The position numbers were made by a program, and so were the translations under genes. Shown one piece after another: positions 1 to 8,662 of a stretch of DNA of 40,000 nucleotides. The DNA is from Fervidicoccaceae archaeon (GTDB taxonomy: Archaea > Thermoproteota > Thermoprotei_A > Sulfolobales > Fervidicoccaceae), in NCBI GenBank assembly GCA_038878695.1, contig JAVZVD010000002.1, positions 158,734-198,733 on the forward strand, given 5' to 3'. The notes beneath the pieces are model-generated. The model saw nothing but the letters and a program-made list of their open reading frames with translations, did not search any database and was not told the DNA's origin. Positions within the stretch are counted from its first letter, which is position 1; every line of letters begins with the position of its first letter.

Positions 1-463
1 CGCGGGCCAGGGCCTCGCACGCTGCCTTGCTCGCTCCGTAGACCGAGACGGGCTCGAGGGGGGCCTCCTCGTCCACGGGTATCCGCTTGGGCTCGCCGTA
101 GACCGAGCTGGACGAGGCCAGCGCGAGCTTCTCCACGCCCCTCCTCCTCGAGGCCTCGAGCACGTTGAACGTGGCCACGACGTTCTCCTCGAAGTGGATC
201 CTCGGCTCGACGGAGCTCACCCTGACCTCGGGGTTGGCCGCGAAGTGCAACACGACGTCGACCCCCTCCACCGCCCTCAGCGCCACGCTCGGGTCCTTGA
301 GGTCGCCCACGATCATCTCGACGCTCGACGCGCAGCTCCTCAGGTTCTCGAGTCTCCCCGTGCTCAAATTGTCGACGACCCTCACCGCGCAGCCTCTGCG
401 CACGAGCTCTTCGACGACGTGGCTCCCAATGAATCCCGCTCCTCCCGTCACGAGCGCTCTCAC
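1..463 (-). CDS. NAD-dependent epimerase/dehydratase (extended SDR, UDP-sugar 4-epimerase-like); N-terminal ~154 codons only, 3' end lies beyond the window edge
   Basis: Not in the ORF track (GTG start, truncated). My reverse-complement translation from 463 downward reads VRALVTGGAGFIGSHVVEELVRRGCAVRVVDNLS..., which carries the TGGAGFIG Rossmann motif of sugar epimerases. The GTG at 461-463 overlaps the TGA (460-462) of the upstream gene (GTGA coupling). Confidence 0.8.
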   Translation of the reverse strand, partial: MRALVTGGAGFIGSHVVEELVRRGCAVRVVDNLSTGRLENLRSCASSVEMIVGDLKDPSVALRAVEGVDVVLHFAANPEVRVSSVEPRIHFEENVVATFNVLEASRRRGVEKLALASSSSVYGEPKRIPVDEEAPLEPVSVYGASKAACEALAR

Positions 464-1263
464 GGTCTAGCCTCCTCGGCCCCGGCTCTATCGACCGCGA
501 GAGCCGACAAGATCTTCTCGGCCTCCTCGAGGTCTTTGATCGTGTTTATCGGGAGCCACCTGGAGGCCGGCACGATCAACGAGGCCAGCTTGCGCCTCCT
601 CGCGAGCTCGGGCATCAGCGTCGTCTCGAGCTCCACGGGCTCAGCGGGCCTCGGCGGCACGAGGTCTAGGAGAAGTCGCAGAGCCTCGTCCTCGAGGGCG
701 TACATCCCGGCGTTGACGAGTAAGTCCAGTCGGGGCTTCTCCTCGAACCCCTCGACTAGTCCGTCGCTCCCGACCCTGGCCACGCCGAAGGGGAGCCTGT
801 AGCCAGAGGCCAGAACCGCCGTCGCGAGGGCTCCGCTCCTAGCGTGCTCGAGGTGAGCCAGGAGGAGTCTCAGCGGGAGGCTGGAGTCCAGGAACAAATC
901 GTCGGGGAACGCTATCACGCTCCTCCCCTTCACGAGGCCCGACTCCACGGCTCGCCTCAGAGCCACGGCCTTGCCCACTCTCCCCCTGGGCTCCGGGTCC
1001 ACGGAGTACTCCATCTTTATTCCCCGCCTCGTGTTCCTCTCCAGGTGCTCGATCACTTGTTCGGCCCCATAGCCGAGCAGGAGAACGAACTCTCTGAAGC
1101 CGCTCGACGCGAAGTATTCTATCGCCCAATCGATCAGCGGCTTGCCGAGGAGCTCGACGAGGGGCTTGGGCTTGCTCGAGCCCATTCTCCTGCCGGCGCC
1201 GCCGGCCGGCAGCACCACGGGGGTGTTGGCTGCGAGCTCCTCGAGCTCGCGGAACGTCGTCAA
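460..1263 (-). CDS. Sugar-1-phosphate nucleotidyltransferase (NTP_transferase family)
   Basis: 267-aa ORF. The N-terminus VVLPAGGAGRRMGSSKPKPLVELLGKPLIDW matches the G-x-G-x-R...K-P-L signature of glucose/mannose-1-P nucleotidyltransferases. TTG start; stop overlaps the epimerase start. Confidence 0.8.
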   Translation of the reverse strand: MTTFRELEELAANTPVVLPAGGAGRRMGSSKPKPLVELLGKPLIDWAIEYFASSGFREFVLLLGYGAEQVIEHLERNTRRGIKMEYSVDPEPRGRVGKAVALRRAVESGLVKGRSVIAFPDDLFLDSSLPLRLLLAHLEHARSGALATAVLASGYRLPFGVARVGSDGLVEGFEEKPRLDLLVNAGMYALEDEALRLLLDLVPPRPAEPVELETTLMPELARRRKLASLIVPASRWLPINTIKDLEEAEKILSALAVDRAGAEEARP

Positions 1264-1311
1264 GGCTGGGGAACCACGCCGAAGGATCGGCGCGCTGCGC
1301 TAAAATCTTAC

Positions 1312-2220
1312 TCAACCACTCGGGCCCAGGAGCGCACGGAGATACCTCAGAGCCGAGTCCGGCGCTATCGTGACGATCACGCTGCCCTCCGGCATCCTCT
1401 TAGCGACCTCGACCGACGCCCTGACGTTTGCCCCGGCGGATATCCCCACGAGCAGGCCCTCCTCTCTCGCCAAAGCCCTCGCCGTCTCGATGGCCTCGAC
1501 TCTAGACACCTCCGCGATCTCGTCGACCACGGACAAGTCGAGGTTGGGGTAGACCTCTTTCGACGCGAGCCCGTCTATGTACTCGGCGCCGGGGCCTCCG
1601 ACGAGCTTTGAGCCCCTGGGCGTAACGGCAACGACCCTTATCCTCGGCGACCTCTCCTTGAGGAATCTCCCCACTCCCGATATCGTACCGCCCGTCCCCA
1701 CCCCCATCACGAACGCGTCGATCCTGCCGCTTGTGTCCTCCCATATCTCCCTGGCCGTCGTCTCGTAGTGGGCCCTCACGTTGGCGGGATTAGCATATTG
1801 ATTCAGGAAGACCCCGCCGCGCTTCCTCGCGATATCCTCGGCCACCCTCACGTAATACCTAGGCGAGCTCGGGTCGGAGCTCCCGAGCTCCACCTCGGCC
1901 CCCGTTAGCTTTATCAGTGAGAGCTTCTCGGGGCTCACCTCCTCGTCCACGACGATCACGGGCCTGAGGCCGAACGCTCTCGCGACGACGGCCACGGAGA
2001 CCGCCATGTTGCCCGAGGAGGCTTCCACCACCACGTCGCCCTCTCTCAGCCCGAGCCTCTCGAGAGCATCTCTCATCATGTAGAGAGCAGCTCTGTCCTT
2101 GTGGCTGCCGGTCGGGTTCAGGTACTCGAGCTTGACGCAGATCTCGCGGCCCGGAGGCGCCAGCCTCCCGAGCCTCACCATTGGGGTCTTACCGATGAGC
2201 TTTACGACCTCGAAGACCAA
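1312..2220 (-). CDS. PLP-dependent cysteine synthase / cystathionine beta-synthase family enzyme
   Basis: 302 aa. LEYLNPTGSHKDRAALYMM contains the PLP-lysine motif (S-x-K-D-R). GVGTGGTISGVGRFLKE is the phosphate-binding glycine loop typical of CysK/CysM/OPSS. Confidence 0.8.
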   Translation of the reverse strand: MVFEVVKLIGKTPMVRLGRLAPPGREICVKLEYLNPTGSHKDRAALYMMRDALERLGLREGDVVVEASSGNMAVSVAVVARAFGLRPVIVVDEEVSPEKLSLIKLTGAEVELGSSDPSSPRYYVRVAEDIARKRGGVFLNQYANPANVRAHYETTAREIWEDTSGRIDAFVMGVGTGGTISGVGRFLKERSPRIRVVAVTPRGSKLVGGPGAEYIDGLASKEVYPNLDLSVVDEIAEVSRVEAIETARALAREEGLLVGISAGANVRASVEVAKRMPEGSVIVTIAPDSALRYLRALLGPSG

Positions 2221-2258
2221 GGCCTAGCGCCTCTTCCCCCTCCTCTGCTCGGGGAGCT

Positions 2259-3245
2259 TTATCGAGATTCGCCTCGCCGCGCCGCCTCCTCGAGCGCGAT
2301 CTCCGCGGCCCTCGCCGCCCCCTCGGGGTAGCTCGGCGGCCTCCTGCCCTCTGCCTCCTCGATCGCTCTCCTCAGCTCGCGGGCGTCCACTTTCTCCAGG
2401 AAGATCCCGTTCAGCTTCTCGGCCAGCAGCCTCGCGTCCTCCCTCGTCACGGAGAGCCTCCACCGCGGGTTGTGGGCCACGACGACGGGCTTACCGTAGG
2501 CGAGAGCCGCGTTGAGGGCCGTGACGCCGGGATGGGCCACGACCACTCTCGCCCCAGCCAGCCACCTCCCGAAGTCCGGGTCGAAGTCGAAGACGACCCA
2601 GCCGGGCCTCGCGTACTTCGCGGGGCTCACTCTGCCCGTCTGGAGCACTACGCTCTCGAGGCCCGACTCGAGCAGCTCGTCGAAGAGCTCCTCGTAGCCG
2701 TACGTGCCGGCCGTCACGAGGACGTAGCCTCCGTCGAAGGGCTCCCGCTCGGGGAGCTCGTAGACGGGGCCCACGACCTCGCCCCGAGGATAAAGCTCCA
2801 GCTGCTCCTCCCACTGGAGCAGAGTTCTGGAGGCTATCCCGAGCCTGTAGAGGTAGCGCGCGGCCGCGCTGGTCGTCGCTATCCTATCGCAGCACTCGAG
2901 ATTCAAGACGGGGGCTCTCCTTAGCCTGGCCGCCAGGGCCGGGGCCACGGCCTGATTGCTGCCCGTCGAGATCAGGGCTCCGAGGTCCCGCGGCAGAGCT
3001 CTCAGAGACCTGGCGAGAGATCTGGCGAAGGCCCCCGCCGAGAGCAACAGAGGCCTCGGGTCATCGGGGGACCTGAGACGAGGGACCGAGAAGAGGCGGC
3101 CGAGCCTCGAGGCTCTCCTCTCAGTCCAGGAGTCGCCGTCGGTCGCGACGAAGATCAGCTCGGCTCTCCCGAGCAGCCTCTGAGCTATGGCAATGGCGTA
3201 GCCCGTGTGCCCTCCTCCTCCGGCCGTCAGAGCCACGACGCTCAA
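2259..3245 (-). CDS. Alg14/Alg13-like (MurG/GT28-like) single-chain glycosyltransferase, Agl24-like
   Basis: 328 aa. The N-terminal LTAGGGGHTGYAIA is a GGxGGH-type motif as in Alg14/Agl24. The C-terminal VVAHPGVTALNAALAYGKPVVVAHNP resembles the Alg13/MurG nucleotide-sugar-binding half. Confidence 0.55.
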   Translation of the reverse strand: MSVVALTAGGGGHTGYAIAIAQRLLGRAELIFVATDGDSWTERRASRLGRLFSVPRLRSPDDPRPLLLSAGAFARSLARSLRALPRDLGALISTGSNQAVAPALAARLRRAPVLNLECCDRIATTSAAARYLYRLGIASRTLLQWEEQLELYPRGEVVGPVYELPEREPFDGGYVLVTAGTYGYEELFDELLESGLESVVLQTGRVSPAKYARPGWVVFDFDPDFGRWLAGARVVVAHPGVTALNAALAYGKPVVVAHNPRWRLSVTREDARLLAEKLNGIFLEKVDARELRRAIEEAEGRRPPSYPEGAARAAEIALEEAARRGESR

Positions 3246-3332
3246 GGGCCCCGACCCCTCTCGGTCCGGGGGGCCGCCTCGATCGAGCTCCGCGAGAGCG
3301 CTCAGCTTTTACGCGACTCTTCAGATTAATTA

Positions 3333-3626
3333 TTGTGGCGAGAGGACTTGAGCGAGCGCGTCGATATAAAGAGACTGAAAGAGATAGTCGGCGAGATAGT
3401 CTCGGCAGCCGTCGGCGAGATCGAGGAAGGAGCCCCGAGGATTACTCTCGCGGCCCTCGAGAGAGACCCCTCTACCGGCAGAGAGACCTGGAGAGTGAAC
3501 GTGGCTTACACGCCGAAGCCCAAGAGAGCCGGCGAGCCTGCTTACACCAGGTTCGCCATGCTCGAGGTCGACGCGAGCACGGGAGAGCTGCTGAGGCTGA
3601 GAGAGGGGCTGCACTGGGCGATCTGA
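3333..3626 (+). CDS. Hypothetical small protein (97 aa from TTG 3333; alternative TTG start at 3348)
   Basis: The ORF has normal amino-acid composition (EIVGEIVSAAVGEIEEG..., WRVNVAYTPKP..., FAMLEVDASTGELLRLREG). An AT-rich box (ttaattatt, 3326-3334) sits at its 5' end, which favours the downstream start or a leaderless transcript. No family recognised. Confidence 0.5.
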   Translation: MWREDLSERVDIKRLKEIVGEIVSAAVGEIEEGAPRITLAALERDPSTGRETWRVNVAYTPKPKRAGEPAYTRFAMLEVDASTGELLRLREGLHWAI

Positions 3627-3689
3627 GCTCAGAGGCCGCGGGTCTCTTTTTCCCCGCGGCCGCTTCCTCTCCCGAGCCGTGGGCGCGAG

Positions 3690-4940
3690 TTGAGCGGGGC
3701 TCCCAGGCTGAAGCTCACGCTGAGGAGGGCCGAGGTAGTCGAGAGGAGGTGCGCTCGGTGCGGATTCTGTAAGCTCGTCAACGCGTGCCACTCGCCGAGG
3801 GCCTGCGTCGGCTGTCTCTCCTGCTACTGGGCCTGCCCGCGCGAGGCCAGGGTCCTGGTCGAGAGAGGGCTCGAAGTAGAGCTCGTGCCCATCGCGGTGG
3901 ACGGGGCCGAGGTCCTCGTGCCTGAGGGAGTCAGCCTGGCCGACGCGCTGAGAGCAGCGGGCTTCGTCTTCGATCCCCCGGGCTCCAAGAGGCCCTCGCT
4001 CGCCTGCGGAACGGGGGGCTGCTGGGCCTGCGCGCTGCTCGTCGACGGGAGGCTCGAGAGGGCGTGCGTGACGCCGGTCCGCAGAGGCATGAGGGTCGAG
4101 ACGTCGGTCGAGGGCGTGGAGCCCCTCAGGATAATACACGGGCCGGAGCCCCACCTCGTCGGCGGGAAGGCCACTCCGTGGTGGGAGGTCGATTACGAGA
4201 GTTACGTCGAGGCCGCGATCTGGGCCGCCGGCTGCAACCTGAGGTGTCCTCAGTGTCAGAACTACGCGGTAACATACGACAACGTCGGGACGCCCGCGAC
4301 CCCCAGGGAGGCCGCGAGGAGGCTCGCCGCGTGCCATAGGCGCTATGGGACGAGGGGCGTCGCGATAAGCGGCGGAGAGCCCACGATCAACAGGAGATGG
4401 CTCGTCGAGTTCTTCAGAGAACTCAGCACGCTCGTGGGCCCGGGGGTCAGGAGGCACCTCGATAGCAACGGGACCGTCCTGACGCCCGACTACATCGACG
4501 AGCTCGTCGAGGCGGGCTGCAACAACATAGGCGTCGAGCCGAAGTGCTCTCGAGTCGAGACCTACATGAGGATAACGGGGGTCTCGGACGAGGAGCTCGC
4601 CTCGAGATATCTCGAGACGGCTTGGAGAGCCGCGAAGTACGTGCGAGACCGCTACGGCGAGGAGGTGTATCTCGGCGTCGGCCTCGTCTACAACAAAGCG
4701 CTGGTGAGCCTCGACGAGGTCGCCGAGGCCGGAGACAGAATAGCGTCGATAGACTGCGAAGTCCAGGTCACCGTCTTAGATTACTACCCCGCGTTCAGGA
4801 GGCTCGACATATCGAGGCCGAGCCCGGCCGAGATGATCGAGGTCAAGAGGGTCCTCGAGGAGAGGGGGCTGAAGCGCGTGATCGTCCAGACGTCGCTCGG
4901 ACACGTAGGGCCGGGCGATAGGAGGGCTCGGCTCGCCTAG
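3690..4940 (+). CDS. Radical SAM enzyme (PflA/activase-like core) with N-terminal 4Fe-4S ferredoxin-like and 2Fe-2S-like Cys clusters
   Basis: 416 aa. AAGCNLRCPQCQNY is the CxxxCxxC radical SAM motif followed by QN, as in PflA-like activases. The N-terminus has CARCGFCKLVNAC...CVGCLSCYWACP (ferredoxin-like) and LACGTGGCWACALLVDG...ACV (2Fe-2S-like). GGEPT is the SAM-binding motif. Confidence 0.75.
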   Translation: MSGAPRLKLTLRRAEVVERRCARCGFCKLVNACHSPRACVGCLSCYWACPREARVLVERGLEVELVPIAVDGAEVLVPEGVSLADALRAAGFVFDPPGSKRPSLACGTGGCWACALLVDGRLERACVTPVRRGMRVETSVEGVEPLRIIHGPEPHLVGGKATPWWEVDYESYVEAAIWAAGCNLRCPQCQNYAVTYDNVGTPATPREAARRLAACHRRYGTRGVAISGGEPTINRRWLVEFFRELSTLVGPGVRRHLDSNGTVLTPDYIDELVEAGCNNIGVEPKCSRVETYMRITGVSDEELASRYLETAWRAAKYVRDRYGEEVYLGVGLVYNKALVSLDEVAEAGDRIASIDCEVQVTVLDYYPAFRRLDISRPSPAEMIEVKRVLEERGLKRVIVQTSLGHVGPGDRRARLA

Positions 4941-5007
4941 CTGCTCGGGGGCGCGTTATCGTTATTTCTCGGGCGAGCCCCCGAGTGACCCGAGGAGGCG
5001 CAATAGG

Positions 5008-5760
5008 GTGCCCCGAATAGGCTCGGCCCGAGGACCTCCGCGCGTCAGCGTCGTGATCCCCGCGAGGAACGAGGGGAGGTTCATCGGGAGGTCCGTCAAG
5101 GTCGCTCGCTCGGCCAGGGGGGTGTCCGAGGTCATCGTGGTGGACGGGGGGAGCACGGACGACACGAGAGAAGTCGCGAGGAGGGCCGGGGCCGAGGTGG
5201 TGGCTCAGAGCGATCTGCGCTACCCCGGCAAGGGCATCGCCATGAGAGACGGCTTCTACTACTCCACGGGCGACGTCGTGGTCTTCGTTGACGCCGACAT
5301 CAAGAACTTGGGGCCGCAATTCATCGAGAGGCTCTACGAGCCCATAGCGAGGGGGGAGGCCGACTTCGTCAAGGGGACCTACGCGAGGGCGGGGGGCAGA
5401 GTCACGGAGCTCGTGGCCAAGCCCCTCCTGGCCATGCTCTACCCGGAGCTCTCGAGGTTCGGCCAGCCGCTCAGCGGGGAGATAGCCGGGACTAGGAGGG
5501 CGTTCAAGTGCGTCGACTGGCCCCCCGGCTGGGGAGTAGACGTCGCGGTGCTCATAGACGTCCACAGAGCTGGCCTCAGGATCGCGGAGGTAGATCTAGG
5601 CTACAAGGACCACGACATGAAGCCTCTCTCGCTGCTCACGGAAATGGCGAGGGAGGTGGCCGAGACTATACTCCTGAGAGCGGCGAGAGACGGGAAGATA
5701 AGCCTGGGGGAGGCCTCGAGGCTCGCCGAGAGGCTCGTCAAGGAGGCGACCAAGCCTTGA
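5008..5760 (+). CDS. Glucosyl-3-phosphoglycerate synthase-like glycosyltransferase (GT81/GT2-fold)
   Basis: 250 aa. VSVVIPARNE, VVDGGSTDDT and VFVDADI (DxD) are present. GGRVTELVAKPLLAMLYPEL, QPLSGEIAG and GWGVDVAVLID closely parallel motifs I recall from mycobacterial GpgS (GGRVTELVARPLL, QPLSGEYA, GYGVEIGLLID). Confidence 0.7.
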   Translation: MPRIGSARGPPRVSVVIPARNEGRFIGRSVKVARSARGVSEVIVVDGGSTDDTREVARRAGAEVVAQSDLRYPGKGIAMRDGFYYSTGDVVVFVDADIKNLGPQFIERLYEPIARGEADFVKGTYARAGGRVTELVAKPLLAMLYPELSRFGQPLSGEIAGTRRAFKCVDWPPGWGVDVAVLIDVHRAGLRIAEVDLGYKDHDMKPLSLLTEMAREVAETILLRAARDGKISLGEASRLAERLVKEATKP

Positions 5761-6473
5761 GATACGTCGTGGTGGGGGCGACGCACTTCGCCGAGCTAGC
5801 CCTCAGGACCATTCGAGAGCACGACCTCAGCCCCCTGATCTCTGTCGTCGAGAGGTCGACCGAGGTGGCCGAGACGCTGGCCAGAGCCCACGGGGCTTCG
5901 GCCTTCCACGGAGATCTCGAGGACCTAGCTACCCTCGAGAAGGCGGGGGCTCGGAGGGCCGACTTCTTCCTGGCCGCGACCGAGTCGGACTCGCTGAACC
6001 TCAGGCTCGGCGAGTTGGCGAAGAACGTGCTCAAGGTCCCCAGGGTCCTCGTCTTCCTCCGCAATCCCATGAACGCCGAGCTCGCGCGAGAGAAAGGGCT
6101 CGAGCCCGTGGCTCCCGACGAGCTAGCCCTAGCCGACCTGATCGTCAAACTTAGCTCGAGCGAGTGGGTCGAGATCCCCCTCCCCGGCGAGCTCGGCGTC
6201 TCGGTCTTGTTCTACAGAGTCTCGGGGAGGGGCTCTCCGCCCCTCGGCGAGGTGAGGGCGGCGGTCGAGGAGCTCGGGGGCCTCCTGATCGTCAGATCTC
6301 CCGCCGGGGAGCTCGCGCGCTCGGAGCCAAGGCTGGGGCGCGGGTGGACCCTCACGGCGGTCGTCCCACGCGAGAGGCGAGAAGAGCTCCTCAAGAGGCT
6401 TGCGAGGATCTGCTCTAGGCGAGCCGAGAGGGGCGAGGAGGCCCCGGAGGCCGAGGCTTGGTCGAGTGGCTGA
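5757..6473 (+). CDS. RCK/TrkA-like regulatory protein (TrkA-N plus TrkA-C-like domains)
   Basis: Start re-set to TTG 5757, in frame with track ORF 5508..6473 and overlapping the upstream TGA (TTGA). LRYVVVGATHFAELALRTIREH...FHGDLEDLATLEKAGARRADFFLAATESDSLNL has the TrkA-N layout. The glycine motif is degenerate (G-A-T-H-F-A rather than G-x-G-x-x-G). Confidence 0.6.
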   Translation: MRYVVVGATHFAELALRTIREHDLSPLISVVERSTEVAETLARAHGASAFHGDLEDLATLEKAGARRADFFLAATESDSLNLRLGELAKNVLKVPRVLVFLRNPMNAELAREKGLEPVAPDELALADLIVKLSSSEWVEIPLPGELGVSVLFYRVSGRGSPPLGEVRAAVEELGGLLIVRSPAGELARSEPRLGRGWTLTAVVPRERREELLKRLARICSRRAERGEEAPEAEAWSSG

Positions 6474-7198
6474 TATCGAGAGAGGCCCTGATTCTCCTGG
6501 CCAAAGTGGGAGCGGCCGCCGCCGTTCTGCTCCTCGCCCGCGAGGCGGCGAGGAGGCTCGAGAGGCTCGCTCGCGGGAGAGCCGGAGAGCTTCGGCAGTT
6601 CGCCTCCGTCGCCAAGCACGTGGTGTACGCTCTCGCGGCCCTCGCCGCCTTGTCTCTCGTAGTTGGGCAGGCCCCGATCTACGTCATAGCGATACTGCTC
6701 GCCGGCCTCCTCGTGGCAGGGGCGGACGTGCTCAGGAACTGGGGCTCGGGCCTCTACGCCAGGATAGCTCACGGCCTGAGCGTGGGAGACGAGGTCGAGG
6801 TTGAGGGGAGGGAGGGCGTCGTCGTCAGGGTGGACTGGAAGGGGGTCCTCGTCGAGACTCCGGGCGGCGACAGGATCTTCGTGCCGAGCTCCTACTTAGC
6901 CACGAGGCCCGTCACCGTGAAGAGCGCGGCCGCGATCTCGACGGCCAAGATCGAGGTGCTGGTCCCGATCGAGCGAGATGGTCCTGGGACCGCCTCGACT
7001 CTCCTCGACGTAGTCTCGGCGATTAGGGGGGAGCTAGCCTCCGACCCCTCGATTAGGAAGCTCGGGCAGAGAGGCGGGTGCTCCGTGTACGAGATAGAGC
7101 TCGAGGTGCTCAACAGGAGGAAGCTGAGAGACCTCGTCAACGAGATAGATAGAGCCCTCAGAGAGTCCCTGGGAGAAGAGATCGAGGTGAGAGCCTGA
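6458..7198 (+). CDS. Small-conductance mechanosensitive channel (MscS family)
   Basis: 246 aa. N-terminal TM helices are followed by GDEVEVEGREGVVVRVDWKGVLVETPGGDRIFVPSS, the typical MscS beta-domain pattern. The gene overlaps the RCK gene end by 16 nt. Confidence 0.7.
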   Translation: MVEWLISREALILLAKVGAAAAVLLLAREAARRLERLARGRAGELRQFASVAKHVVYALAALAALSLVVGQAPIYVIAILLAGLLVAGADVLRNWGSGLYARIAHGLSVGDEVEVEGREGVVVRVDWKGVLVETPGGDRIFVPSSYLATRPVTVKSAAAISTAKIEVLVPIERDGPGTASTLLDVVSAIRGELASDPSIRKLGQRGGCSVYEIELEVLNRRKLRDLVNEIDRALRESLGEEIEVRA

Positions 7199-7241
7199 GG
7201 CCCCGATAGCTCGGCGAGCTCGCGCCGAATTTCGCCATCCT

Positions 7242-8423
7242 TTAGGCGCGGCGCGAGGACGCTCGGGCGCTTCCCCGCGTCGGCTCGCTCTCTATCATCC
7301 GCAGGTACTCCGCGAGCCTCAGCTTGAACCTATCGTAGGAGAACTTCCTCGAGACCTCGGCCGCTCTGCTCCCGAGGCGCCTCAGCTCCTCCCCGTCGCT
7401 CTCGAGCTCTCCGACGATCCTAGGGATCTCCCTCACGTCGATGTAGCCGAGCCTCTGGTCCACCCCCGAGACCACGTCCGTCCAGAGCCCCCCGCCTCTG
7501 TAGACTATCGGGACGCAGCCCGCCGCCATGGCCTCGACCGCCGCTATCCCGAAGTGCTCCGAGTAGGGCGGATGAACGTAGAACCTAGCCATCCCGAGGA
7601 TCTCTCGGAGCTCTCGCCTGTCGACGTTGATCTTGAGCTCGACGTTTCCGAGGCCCCACTCCTCGATCGCGCTCCTCATCCTCTCGATGACGGGCCTCGA
7701 GTACCTCCCGGCCGAGCCGACGAACACGAAGTCGTAGCCCGAGAGCTCCCTCGCCGCGATCAGGAGGTCCTCGAGCCTCTTCTCGGGCGTGAACCTCGAG
7801 ACCGTGACTATCAGCTTCTCTCTCCCTCCTCTCTGAGCCTCCGCGAAGTACTCCACGTCGACGGGCGGGTGGAGCACCCCGAGCCTCCCCCGCGCTCTCG
7901 GGTAGAGCGCCGCGACCTTCTCGGCCGTCCAGGAGCTATTCGTCAAGATGAGCCTCGGCGAGCCCTCAATTCTCCTGGCTAATCGAACGACGAGCTCGTG
8001 GTAGAGGTCGTACAGGAGACCCGAGCCGTAGCCTGGGGCGACGGTGGGGTAGTGGATGTAAGAGACGTCCACGTCGGTCGGGACGTTGGTCCCGGTGTCG
8101 ATGACGAGGTCGAAGCCGCGACGCTCCTCCTCGAGCTCTCTCAGGAACTTTTCGGCCAAGATCAGGCGCTTCAGCCTCACGAACCTCTCCTCTAGGATCG
8201 AGTCGAGCGCGTTGTAGAGGAGGGGGGTCGGAGAGGCTCTCAGCCTGGGCTCGTAGCCTCGCTCGAGCAGAGACAGCGAGCGCTCGAGAGCCTCTCTGTC
8301 TCTCACAAAGGTCCGGATCTCGACCTCGTGGCCCAGCTCTTCCAGAGCTCTGCAGAGCTCCATTGAGAATTTCTCCACGCCTCCGGCGAGCTCGAATAAC
8401 GCGTGGAAGACCAGGGCTCTCAC
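7242..8423 (-). CDS. GT4-family glycosyltransferase (paralogue A)
   Basis: 393 aa. The C-terminal half has FTPEKR...YVHPPYSEHFGIAAVEAMAAGCVPIV, the E-x7-E type GT4/GT-B signature. Confidence 0.8.
   Translation of the reverse strand: MRALVFHALFELAGGVEKFSMELCRALEELGHEVEIRTFVRDREALERSLSLLERGYEPRLRASPTPLLYNALDSILEERFVRLKRLILAEKFLRELEEERRGFDLVIDTGTNVPTDVDVSYIHYPTVAPGYGSGLLYDLYHELVVRLARRIEGSPRLILTNSSWTAEKVAALYPRARGRLGVLHPPVDVEYFAEAQRGGREKLIVTVSRFTPEKRLEDLLIAARELSGYDFVFVGSAGRYSRPVIERMRSAIEEWGLGNVELKINVDRRELREILGMARFYVHPPYSEHFGIAAVEAMAAGCVPIVYRGGGLWTDVVSGVDQRLGYIDVREIPRIVGELESDGEELRRLGSRAAEVSRKFSYDRFKLRLAEYLRMIESEPTRGSARASSRRA
7418..7581. repeat. 164-nt inverted repeat, copy 1 (inside GT4 paralogue A)
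   Basis: The reverse complement of 7418-7581 equals 9493-9656 at 162 of 164 positions by base-by-base comparison. Mismatches are 7564/9510 and 7455/9619. Confidence 0.95.
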
Positions 8424-8662
8424 GTTCGCGGCACCCGAGGCGGTTCTAGACTGCTCGCTCGGACCTGATAAATAAAAAGGCCTGGAGATCCTCTAGGCCA
8501 GCCAAATGGTGATGCGAGTTTTAACCTAATTGGAAAAACCCGCCATCGAGTCAGAATTTCCCCGATCTTAAATCCCGCGTCGAGCCGCGCCGGCCCGATG
8601 CGGATGGAGGGCGTCTCAATATTAAGGAGCTCCGACCCTCGTCGGAGGTCGGAGAATAGAGC
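8424..8662. promoter_or_regulatory. Divergent promoter region between GT4 paralogues A and B
   Basis: The interval is AT-richer than its flanks. One TATA-like box (ataaataaaaa, 8468-8478) lies about 45-55 nt from the minus-strand start. Another (caatattaagg, 8618-8628) lies about 35-45 nt before GTG 8663. A hairpin with an 8-bp stem (8630-8637 with 8647-8654) includes a GGAGGT Shine-Dalgarno-like sequence (8644-8649). Confidence 0.4.

Noticed and set aside
3330-4457. 375-aa minus-strand ORF antisense to the small ORF and the radical SAM gene
   Set aside because: It is Pro/Arg/Gly-rich low-complexity sequence with no motifs. It fully overlaps a plus-strand gene with clear radical SAM motifs. 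This is the typical shadow ORF of high-GC DNA.
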